Shown: positions 1 to 7,742, numbered from the stretch's first letter. The stretch is DNA of 19,282 nt from Candidatus Nanopusillus sp. (GCA_028275885.1 JAPWTW010000008.1:1-19282); one strand, 5' to 3'. Numbers and translations are program-made. Notes: generated by a model not told the origin, from the sequence alone.

Positions 1-231
1 ATATGAACAATTATAATAAACAGTAAATGGAATTAATGTAGATCCATACAGATTTAATATATTTTCGAATACCTCATTTCCATATAATAATTTATATATT
101 TCTCCATATTGCGGAAAGGTATCTGAATAAAACTGGAATTCTTTGTTTAATAAATTTAAGTAAGAAACAAAATAAAATAAAATTAATAATAATACAACAA
201 TTGAATACAAATATAATTGACTACGAACCAT
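1..231 (-). CDS. 5' part of a membrane-anchored / pilin-like protein gene that runs off the left edge (not in the supplied ORF track)
   Basis: Hand translation of the minus strand: ATG at 231-229, frame open to nt 1 (77 codons): MVRSQLYLYSIVVLLLILFYFVSYLNLLNKEFQFYSDTFPQYGEIYKLLYGNEVFENILNLYGSTLIPFTVYYNCSY. It overlaps the stop of the upstream 605-aa gene by 11 nt. The N-terminus (M-V-R-S plus about 20 hydrophobic residues) resembles those of the two large surface proteins. Confidence 0.5.
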   Translation of the reverse strand, partial: MVRSQLYLYSIVVLLLILFYFVSYLNLLNKEFQFYSDTFPQYGEIYKLLYGNEVFENILNLYGSTLIPFTVYYNCSY

Positions 232-2038
232 ATATTGAAAATTTAGAATATCCTAGGCCATATGGATAAACTATACTGCTATAATATTTATATCCACTTG
301 GTACTGGATTTACATTAAAATAATTCCAATAATTATACAATATTATCGGTATTAATTGATCTGAATAATAAACATTTACAGGGTAACATTGGCTAATATT
401 TATATTTGAAGATAATACATTATCTCGGTAATTTGGAGGAATTGAATACTCTATTATTAATTGGGAATATGGTTCTACAAAATTTATAGATTGTGGATTA
501 TTATATGCTCTCATATTATAATTTGGTCCATTTCCATATAATATTCCCGTATTTGGATCATAGTTTTTACCATAGTAAATTAATATTGGGTTATAATAAT
601 TAAAATCTCCTGAATAGTATATGTTTTTTAATTGTTCTATTGTTAATGGTTGATTGTAAAATGCAATTACGTATATATTTCCTAAAAATGTACATTGAGG
701 AGGATACATTGTTGTAGGAGTTCCTAAATATATTGTTTCATTTGGTGGATAATATAAATTTAAAGGCTGAAGAGATGGCCAACCAGGATATGGTACTAAT
801 TGACCATAATATATTCCGCTTTGATTTATAAATCCTCCATAAAATTGCCCATTACTATTATTATATCCCCAAAAAACAAATACCCATTGATTCATTGGTA
901 AAGGATAATTTGGTAAATATCCCACGCTATTACTTATATCTATTCCTAAATAATATTGACTGTTGTTTGGTAAAATTATTTGTCTAAAAGTAGAACCAGT
1001 ATAATTATTTAATCCAGATAAATGAACTATTGCGCTTATATAATTTTCTCCAGAAGCACAAGAAGAGGAATAATAACTATTAATATAAATCCAAGCAACT
1101 ACAGTTATTGACGTATTTCCAGATAATGTTGGTGGATAATATGATGAATTTGTTAAATTAAAATATTGATTACTATTTGTAAAAGATATAACCGGTGATT
1201 GATCTAAACATTGAGAAGAAATATATAATGTTTCCCAACTAAATGGAAATACATAATATTGTGCTAATTGGGCAGGTAAATTATCTACCAATTGATAATT
1301 TTTTGTTAAGTTTAAATAATTAAAATTATTTTTTGCAGCTCTAAATAATATCATTATTGGTTGATTATATCCTTTAGGTAAATTTAACGATATATTTATC
1401 ATAGGAATATATCCATTAGATGTTCTAATATATGATACATTTAAATATTGGATTTGTATTGGATATAAATCAGCATTATATACATAGAATGAATATGGAT
1501 CAACAGTATAATTAACAAAACTTGTTACATTTGTTAAATTTAAATATATAGATAAATTATTGGAAGAATAACTAGATATTATTATTCCATACCAATCATT
1601 ACTTGTTGTAATATTTCCACATATTTTTCCTTGGGAATTATATATTAAGAAAAAGTTATTAACCTGTCCGCTTATATTTAGTGAATATAATAAATTACTT
1701 CCTAGATATGGAAATGGAAATAAAAATTCATAACATGTTGAATTATAAGTATTATAAAAATTTAGACTATAATCTATTGTTTGCTTTAAATTATAATAAT
1801 TAAAATGACTTGATAACATACTATTATATATTGAGGCTAATACATCAAATTGATTTGTTTCTAAAAAACTAAGAAATTTATCATTATAAGTATTTGCTAA
1901 AGCTGTATATAATGTATATTTTTTATTAAATTCATTTATATAATATGAAGGATTTTGAGGGAATTGCAAATTTATTAAGAATACTAATATTAAAGATACA
2001 ACCAATATTATTTCTACTAAATAATTAAAAGACCTCAT
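221..2038 (-). CDS. Large N/Y-rich surface protein with an N-terminal hydrophobic anchor or pilin-like signal (MRSFNYLVEIILVVSLILVFL) and a LamG/ConA-like lectin-fold region
   Basis: 605-aa ORF. Residues ~285-478 show a Laminin-G-3-like pattern (ITVVAWIYIN ... NQWVFVFWGYNNSNGQFYGGF ... TIYLGT ... FLGNIYVIAFYNQPLTIEQLKNIYYSG). About twenty N-x-S/T sequons counted by eye. No cytoplasmic enzyme motifs. Confidence 0.7.
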   Translation of the reverse strand: MRSFNYLVEIILVVSLILVFLINLQFPQNPSYYINEFNKKYTLYTALANTYNDKFLSFLETNQFDVLASIYNSMLSSHFNYYNLKQTIDYSLNFYNTYNSTCYEFLFPFPYLGSNLLYSLNISGQVNNFFLIYNSQGKICGNITTSNDWYGIIISSYSSNNLSIYLNLTNVTSFVNYTVDPYSFYVYNADLYPIQIQYLNVSYIRTSNGYIPMINISLNLPKGYNQPIMILFRAAKNNFNYLNLTKNYQLVDNLPAQLAQYYVFPFSWETLYISSQCLDQSPVISFTNSNQYFNLTNSSYYPPTLSGNTSITVVAWIYINSYYSSSCASGENYISAIVHLSGLNNYTGSTFRQIILPNNSQYYLGIDISNSVGYLPNYPLPMNQWVFVFWGYNNSNGQFYGGFINQSGIYYGQLVPYPGWPSLQPLNLYYPPNETIYLGTPTTMYPPQCTFLGNIYVIAFYNQPLTIEQLKNIYYSGDFNYYNPILIYYGKNYDPNTGILYGNGPNYNMRAYNNPQSINFVEPYSQLIIEYSIPPNYRDNVLSSNINISQCYPVNVYYSDQLIPIILYNYWNYFNVNPVPSGYKYYSSIVYPYGLGYSKFSIYGS

Positions 2039-2047
2039 ATACCTATT

Positions 2048-2971
2048 ATGAAAAATATAAGTTTATATGTTTTTTTAAGAATATGTAAAAAAATGGACAT
2101 ATCAATAAAAATCTTGTCGTTTATAGAAAATAATTATAAGAAGTTTCTATTGATTTCTATAGCAATATTTGTAATGTTTATCGGAATAATATTATTCAAT
2201 TACTTAAAATATGGATACATAATTAATAAATCTATTACAATTTCCGGAGGTTATGTAACATTAATAAACAATAATTATCATATAACAACATCCGAAATAC
2301 AAAATATATTGAATCAAATGAATATAACAGATTATGTATTATATAGTACGCCAAATATTATTTATATTGAATCAAGAAACCAGATTAATGGAACATTATT
2401 AATTAATTTACTAAATCAAAATTATAATATTAACATATTACCTACAGATATATCAATACAACAATATAGTTCCTTAGTAGGTAATCTTATATTTAATCAA
2501 TTTTTATTCTTTGTAATTTTAGCAATGATAATTACAGCATTTATAATATTTATAGCATTTAGAGCCTCTAAAATTACCTTAAATATAATATCTACAATAT
2601 TATTTGATGTTGTTGGATTATTGGCAGTATTATCTATAACAAAATATCCTATAGGAGCAAATGGGTTTATCGCAATGTTAATGATTTTAGGATTTGCAAT
2701 TGATAATAATGTAGTATTATCAACAAATGTAGTAAAAGAAAAGGATAAGCCATTTATTGAAAGGGTAAGAATGTCATTTAGGGTTGGAATGTTAATGGAA
2801 GTTATTGCATTATATACATTACTTCTATTATATTTTATAGTACCAGAACCATCAGTTGATGAATTTGCATTTGTATTATCTATTGCAATAATATTAGATC
2901 TATTATATTATTTAATTGGAAATATACCATTATTTAAATATTTTGAAGCTAAAAAAGAACAGGAAAGTTAA
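2048..2971 (+). CDS. secF: SecF/SecD-family protein-export membrane protein; the true start is probably the in-frame ATG at 2093
   Basis: N-terminal TM, then an extracytoplasmic segment with 'SITISGGY' (compare the GIDFTGG motif), then a multi-TM block: AFRASKITLNIISTILFDVVGLLAVLS ... MILGFAIDNNVVLSTNV (compare GYS.ND..V..DR). The length from M16 (292 aa) fits archaeal SecF. Assigned from motif memory only. Confidence 0.55.
   Translation: MKNISLYVFLRICKKMDISIKILSFIENNYKKFLLISIAIFVMFIGIILFNYLKYGYIINKSITISGGYVTLINNNYHITTSEIQNILNQMNITDYVLYSTPNIIYIESRNQINGTLLINLLNQNYNINILPTDISIQQYSSLVGNLIFNQFLFFVILAMIITAFIIFIAFRASKITLNIISTILFDVVGLLAVLSITKYPIGANGFIAMLMILGFAIDNNVVLSTNVVKEKDKPFIERVRMSFRVGMLMEVIALYTLLLLYFIVPEPSVDEFAFVLSIAIILDLLYYLIGNIPLFKYFEAKKEQES
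2062..2069. promoter_or_regulatory. Candidate shared TATA box for the divergent 605-aa surface protein gene and the secF-like gene
   Basis: 'tttatatg' is centred ~27.5 nt from the minus-strand ATG (2038) and ~27.5 nt from the plus-strand in-frame ATG at 2093. This fits the archaeal TATA position (-26/-27) with leaderless transcripts. TATA-like strings are common in DNA this AT-rich. Confidence 0.35.
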
Positions 2972-3426
2972 ACATCAACAACAATTTCTGCACTCCAATA
3001 AGTTTTCATTATTTTTGTAATATTTATATCATGCAATGTAACTGCTTTAACTTCTTTTTTAAATCCATGTTTTTCTTTATCATATTTTTCTCCATAAACT
3101 TCAAATCTACATACCCATTTATATTTCTTACTTTCAACTCTAACTTTCTTTAGGTTTTTTACTCTTATATCCCTTATAGCAAACTTATCTTTATAAAAAA
3201 CCTCCTCTAAACATATCCTTGCAACATTATATATAATTTCTAATACATTTTTTCCTTCAATTACAAATTGTTTTGATTCTTTTTTCTCAACTTTTTCATT
3301 ATCATATATAATATTAAACATTCCCAATATTAATGCCTCAATTGCTCTCTTTGGTGTATTTCCATAACCAACAATCTTTATATCTGCAGTATGATCTTCA
3401 TATTCATATTCTCTCAAAACAGTCAT
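2968..3426 (-). CDS. Archease (activator of the RtcB tRNA-splicing ligase)
   Basis: 152 aa. N-terminal 'YEYEDHTADIKIVGYG' matches the archease signature (E.HTAD....G). Size is typical. Its 3' end overlaps the convergent secF-like gene by 4 nt. Confidence 0.8.
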   Translation of the reverse strand: MTVLREYEYEDHTADIKIVGYGNTPKRAIEALILGMFNIIYDNEKVEKKESKQFVIEGKNVLEIIYNVARICLEEVFYKDKFAIRDIRVKNLKKVRVESKKYKWVCRFEVYGEKYDKEKHGFKKEVKAVTLHDINITKIMKTYWSAEIVVDV

Positions 3427-3454
3427 ATTAAAAATATTTTTAAATAATTTTATA

Positions 3455-3510
3455 AATCAGTAGACCGACAAATCATCATCTTTCAGATTTTAGATTCTCA
3501 TCATAAAAGA
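3455..3510 (-). ncRNA. C/D box sRNA (2'-O-methylation guide) with C, D', C' and D boxes
   Basis: Minus strand reads tcttttATGATGAgaatctaaaatCTGAaagATGATGAtttgtcggtctaCTGAttt. Plus-strand coordinates: C box 3498-3504, 11-nt guide 3487-3497, D' 3483-3486, 3-nt spacer 3480-3482, C' 3473-3479, 12-nt guide 3461-3472, D 3457-3460. Box sequences and spacings match the compact archaeal C/D architecture. It lies in a non-coding gap. Confidence 0.75.
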
Positions 3511-3543
3511 TAAATATATTAAATTTTTAAATAAATATACTTT

Positions 3544-4050
3544 ATGGAAATATTAGATATAAAAATACCTAACAATGCAATAAAAGTAAATATATATTCA
3601 AGTTCTTTTAGAGATTTGGAAAAAATACCAAAGGATTATACATGTGAAGGAAAAAATATATCATTTCCAATAGTAATTGAAGAAATACCAAATAATGCAA
3701 AAAGTATGCTATTATTTGTAGAGGATCCAGATGCACCTGGTGGTATATTTAGACATTGGATTGCATATATAAATAAACCAATAAAAAGTATACCTCCAGG
3801 AATTAAAAAAGAAAGAATTGTTAAAATAGATGATATACAAATTATTCAGGGTAAAAATGATTTCGGAAAAATTGGATATGATGGTCCATGTCCTCCAAAA
3901 GGTCATGGTAAACATAGATATTATACAATAATATTATTTCTAAATAAGGAATTATATATAGATGGATGGTACTTTGAAGATTTTATTAAACATGTAAAAG
4001 AAGAAGATATTGTCGGATATGGATACTTTATAGGTACATATGAAAGATAA
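3544..4050 (+). CDS. PEBP / YbhB-YbcL family (Raf-kinase-inhibitor-like) protein
   Basis: 168 aa with the family motifs 'VEDPDAPGG.FRHW' and 'GYDGPCPPKGHGKHRYY'. Confidence 0.85.
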   Translation: MEILDIKIPNNAIKVNIYSSSFRDLEKIPKDYTCEGKNISFPIVIEEIPNNAKSMLLFVEDPDAPGGIFRHWIAYINKPIKSIPPGIKKERIVKIDDIQIIQGKNDFGKIGYDGPCPPKGHGKHRYYTIILFLNKELYIDGWYFEDFIKHVKEEDIVGYGYFIGTYER

Positions 4051-4081
4051 TTTTTTCAATATTTTTTTCATTTAAACTAGT

Positions 4082-4474
4082 ATGGAAAATAATCAAATAT
4101 TGAAAGAACAAATTAATGATATAATAAAAGAATTATGGAATAAAGGATATACACCATCACAAATTGGAAAAGAATTAAAAGAAAAATATGGTATAAAGGT
4201 TAAAGAAATATTAAATAAAAAATTAGTAAAATATGCAACAAAAGAATTAAATTTAAAGCAAGAAATACCAGAAGATCTATTATATTTATTTAAAAAAATA
4301 AATAGAATGCTAAAACATTTAGAATTACATAAAAAAGATATGGTAACAAAGAAAAAATTAGAAGAACTGGAAAATAGAGTAAAAAGTTTAATAAAATATT
4401 ATAAAAGAAATAAAAAATTACCACAAACATTTGAGTATAGTAGAGATATAGCAAAGATGTATGGATATTCATGA
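4082..4474 (+). CDS. rps15: 30S ribosomal protein uS15 (S15P/S13e), apparently lacking the usual basic N-terminal arm
   Basis: 130 aa. 'GYTPSQIG', 'IPEDLLYL', 'KHLELHKKD' and 'LIKYYKRNKKLP' match the archaeal uS15 pattern. An in-frame TAA at 4073-4075 prevents any N-terminal extension. Confidence 0.85.
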   Translation: MENNQILKEQINDIIKELWNKGYTPSQIGKELKEKYGIKVKEILNKKLVKYATKELNLKQEIPEDLLYLFKKINRMLKHLELHKKDMVTKKKLEELENRVKSLIKYYKRNKKLPQTFEYSRDIAKMYGYS

Positions 4475-5853
4475 ATAATAGATTTCTATCTTATATAGAA
4501 GAAATATCTAATAGAATAAATAAGGCAGTAGAAAATAAACAAAATTTTCTTATTATATCTTCGCTAAATCCTGATGGTTTATCCTCTCTAATATTTTTAT
4601 TAAAATATTTATATGAAAAAAATTCTGAAGTCCACATAACATTTTTAGATTACATAAGCAAAAGAGATATCAATAATTTATTTTTGGGTGAAAATAGATA
4701 TGAATATGATAATATAATATTCTTAGATACTGGATCCATATTTTTAGATGATGTAATAAAATTGAATAAGGATTTAAATAAAAAAATATATATAATTGAT
4801 CATCATTCTTTAATAGTAAAAGATATTGAATTAAATAATGTTGTAAATCTTAATCCAAATATTTTTAATTTAGATGGTTATAAAGAAATATCAACATCAA
4901 ATATCTTATATTATCTATATCAAAGTCTGAATCCATATGATAAAAATATTCTATATTTATCATTAGTTGGAAATTTATATGATTTTGATAAACCAAACAA
5001 TGAAATATTAAATGAATTAATTGACAGAGAAATATTATCAAAATATACTGGAATAAATCTTCCGGGTATATTTATAAAACCCTTATATAAAGTATTAAGT
5101 TCTCCATTTAATTTTTATATTCCAAATATTACTGGAAGCGATGAAAAAGCTTTAGAACTAATAAAAGAGTTAAATATAAAAGATAAAGGAACTGCAAATG
5201 TATTTTATAAAGATTTATCTGAAGAGGATATTAAAAAACTGGTTAGCAGTATAATAAAATTAAAAATAAAATATAATTTACAAAGAACAGATGATTTAGT
5301 AAGTGAAATATATAAGATTAATAGAAATGAAGAGATTGGAGATCTATTAGAATTATTATACGATATTGAGGGATTAATTGAAAATAATAAAAGAGAAGGG
5401 ATATTATATTTCATTAAAAAATATAATATTGATATTTTAAAGGAATCTGAAAATAATTTAAGACTACAATTTTCAAAATTATTATATGATATAATAAATA
5501 ATAATATACAAATAAAAGATGAAAATGGATTAAAGATAATAACAATTGAAAAAAACTATGGAAATGGATACTTTTTATCTTTATTATTAAATCTTCTAAT
5601 TAAAGAGAATATAATAAATGGAAAAGTTTTTCTTTTGCTATATAAAGTAAATAATTTTTATAGGGGGATAATCAGAACAAACAGAGATGAAAACAAAAAG
5701 TTAATAAACAATATATTGAAAAAGTTATTTGACAATAATTTAATTTATTATTCTAGTTTTGATAATTTTGGAGGTTTTTTATTAGACATAAATAATTATG
5801 ATGAATTTGTTAAAAAGTTAAAAATAAATTTAAAACAAGAAAATCTTATATAA
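4471..5853 (+). CDS. RecJ/Cdc45 (GAN-like) DHH-family protein with partly degenerate catalytic motifs
   Basis: 460 aa. Motif II 'FLDTGS' and motif III 'IIDHHS' are present. Motif I reads 'SSLNPDG' instead of H.D.DG. The DHHA1 'GGGH' position reads 'DNFGGFL'. The start overlaps the uS15 stop (ATGA). Confidence 0.7.
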   Translation: MNNRFLSYIEEISNRINKAVENKQNFLIISSLNPDGLSSLIFLLKYLYEKNSEVHITFLDYISKRDINNLFLGENRYEYDNIIFLDTGSIFLDDVIKLNKDLNKKIYIIDHHSLIVKDIELNNVVNLNPNIFNLDGYKEISTSNILYYLYQSLNPYDKNILYLSLVGNLYDFDKPNNEILNELIDREILSKYTGINLPGIFIKPLYKVLSSPFNFYIPNITGSDEKALELIKELNIKDKGTANVFYKDLSEEDIKKLVSSIIKLKIKYNLQRTDDLVSEIYKINRNEEIGDLLELLYDIEGLIENNKREGILYFIKKYNIDILKESENNLRLQFSKLLYDIINNNIQIKDENGLKIITIEKNYGNGYFLSLLLNLLIKENIINGKVFLLLYKVNNFYRGIIRTNRDENKKLINNILKKLFDNNLIYYSSFDNFGGFLLDINNYDEFVKKLKINLKQENLI

Positions 5854-6406
5854 TTTTCTTTTCCTTTAATCTATAAAATCCTTTCTTTAATACTTTTCTA
5901 ATTATATATCTTTTATTTAATCCACCCAATTTAATTGCAGCTTTTCTTAAACTTCCACTTTCAATTAATATATTTAATAGTTCCCTTTCTTTTTCATTTA
6001 ATTTTTCATCATATTTTAATATTAATTTTGCTAATTCAATTAAATCAATCTTTTTTCCGCCCCAAGCAAATTCTTCAGAAGATATATTATTTATTATTTC
6101 TACAGGCTCAAATTCTATAATTGCAACTTCTCTATTTAAATCTAATCTTTTATATATTCTTTTTAAATCATTTATCAATTCTTCTTTATTATTATAACCA
6201 TCTCTCTTTGCCTCTTCATCTGTTATTTGATATAATTTTTTTGTATATATATTTTTTACCCTAAATTTTCCAATTACTTTTCCACCAGCATGCAAAATAA
6301 AAATATCTCCAGGTTTTAAATTTGCTTTTGATAATCTTATAGTTAAATTTTTATTTCCCCTTATTATATCATCTATATATTTTCCCAAAAATTGTAAATG
6401 TTTCAT
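5846..6406 (-). CDS. ASCH (PUA-like) domain protein with a C-terminal helix-turn-helix
   Basis: 186 aa. The N-terminal ~105 aa (KNLTIRL...LKPGDIFILHAGGKVIGKFRVKNIY...AIIEFE) resembles an ASCH beta-barrel. The C-terminus 'LNEKERELLNILIESGSLRKAAIKLGGLNKRYIIRKVLKKGFYRL' resembles a LuxR/sigma-70 region-4 type HTH. Convergent 8-nt overlap with the RecJ-like gene. Confidence 0.6.
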   Translation of the reverse strand: MKHLQFLGKYIDDIIRGNKNLTIRLSKANLKPGDIFILHAGGKVIGKFRVKNIYTKKLYQITDEEAKRDGYNNKEELINDLKRIYKRLDLNREVAIIEFEPVEIINNISSEEFAWGGKKIDLIELAKLILKYDEKLNEKERELLNILIESGSLRKAAIKLGGLNKRYIIRKVLKKGFYRLKEKKII

Positions 6407-7017
6407 TAACTTTCTATTGGAGATGGTTGTACAAACAATCTTTCTACCTTATATACAGAGGCCCTACCATATTTATATGCTCCATATACCATAAATACTG
6501 CAATCAACACTGCAGCAATTACTACTAAAATAAATACTCCTTGAGAATTTCTATTTTCACTACTAAACTGATTTTTTAATATATTAAATGCTATAGAAAA
6601 TCCTCGTATATAGGCATATATATTCCAAATAGTAGCGATACTATTATATGCTGCAATAAATATATCAAAAAACCTTTTTGTTTTTGATGCAACAATTATA
6701 CTATTAATAGTTATAACAATTCCAAATAATATTATTAGAAATCCAAATACTAAAAATGAAAATGAAAGAACTCCTAATAATGTATATATATCAATATATC
6801 CTAAATAATATGCTACAATTGATAATAATGATACATTACCATATGCTGCACCAGCAAATGACAATATTAATGCAGAATATGCAACCATTCTTGGCCAATC
6901 ACTTTCTATATTATTTAATTTCATATATTCTAAAGCTTTTCCTGCATTATACGCATTCCATATAGATATTAGTATATTAAATATTGCAATTAGTATATAG
7001 AATATGTTTAGATCCAT
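6406..7017 (-). CDS. Integral membrane protein of unknown function (about 5 TM segments)
   Basis: 203-aa hydrophobic ORF. The motif (S/T)IWN(A/I)Y occurs at the start of each half (ISIWNAYNAG / ATIWNIYAYIRG). Its stop shares one nt with the ASCH gene start (TAATG), which implies co-transcription. Confidence 0.6.
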   Translation of the reverse strand: MDLNIFYILIAIFNILISIWNAYNAGKALEYMKLNNIESDWPRMVAYSALILSFAGAAYGNVSLLSIVAYYLGYIDIYTLLGVLSFSFLVFGFLIILFGIVITINSIIVASKTKRFFDIFIAAYNSIATIWNIYAYIRGFSIAFNILKNQFSSENRNSQGVFILVVIAAVLIAVFMVYGAYKYGRASVYKVERLFVQPSPIES

Positions 7018-7088
7018 AATTGTTACTTTCTAGAATATATATTTAAAAAATTAACATTTTAATATTTCAAGATTTTTACTTAATTATA

Positions 7089-7742
7089 ATGACGATAGAT
7101 ATATTATCATTGTTTCAAGCATTCTTAACAATATTTGTATCTACACTTACAAATGTAGAAATTATATGGATTACATATCCAGTTTATATAGTATGGTTTT
7201 CAATGGAATTGTTAATAGAAAGAGAGAGATTTACATATGGACACTCATTAGCAAATAGTATTATATTTTCATGGGTTTCTGTAGATTGGTTAAGACATCT
7301 ATATTTGCATCATGAATTCGATGATCATAATAAATTGATTTTAACAACATTTTTCCTATCATTGTCTATCTTTACATTGTTAACATCCATAAAAAGAAAG
7401 AAGATTGCAAAAATATTGGGAAGGACTGGGTCTTTTGCATATTTTCAAATTATGTTTACACCATTTATATATGGAATAATAGAATTTAATTATATAAATT
7501 TTCTTGCAGTAATAATTTTTTACCCATTGGTGTATTTTGTTATATATGTAATAGATAAATTAGTGCCTAAATTCGCTGAAGAAGAAGAAAAATTTGAAGG
7601 AAAGATTAATGAAGAATATATAAATAACTTTGCTGAGAGTAATTTGCAATATAATCAACAAAATTATAATAATTATTATGATTATTATGGATATAATTAC
7701 GGAAACTACTATAGAAATTATTATTATAGATATAGAAGATAG
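7089..7742 (+). CDS. Integral membrane protein of unknown function with an N/Y-rich low-complexity C-terminal tail
   Basis: 217-aa ORF with several TM segments, an acidic linker (AEEEEKFEG) and the tail NLQYNQQNYNNYYDYYGYNYGNYYRNYYYRYRR. The stop codon abuts or overlaps the 3' end of the convergent tRNA-Thr. Confidence 0.55.
   Translation: MTIDILSLFQAFLTIFVSTLTNVEIIWITYPVYIVWFSMELLIERERFTYGHSLANSIIFSWVSVDWLRHLYLHHEFDDHNKLILTTFFLSLSIFTLLTSIKRKKIAKILGRTGSFAYFQIMFTPFIYGIIEFNYINFLAVIIFYPLVYFVIYVIDKLVPKFAEEEEKFEGKINEEYINNFAESNLQYNQQNYNNYYDYYGYNYGNYYRNYYYRYRR

Noticed and set aside
3712-3915. 67-aa minus-strand ORF inside the PEBP gene. The same applies to 4290-4472, 5205-5414, 5935-6120 and 6756-6965.
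   Set aside because: Each lies wholly antisense to a well-supported gene. The translations are low-complexity I/F/L/Y/N strings typical of shadow ORFs in AT-rich DNA, with no motifs.
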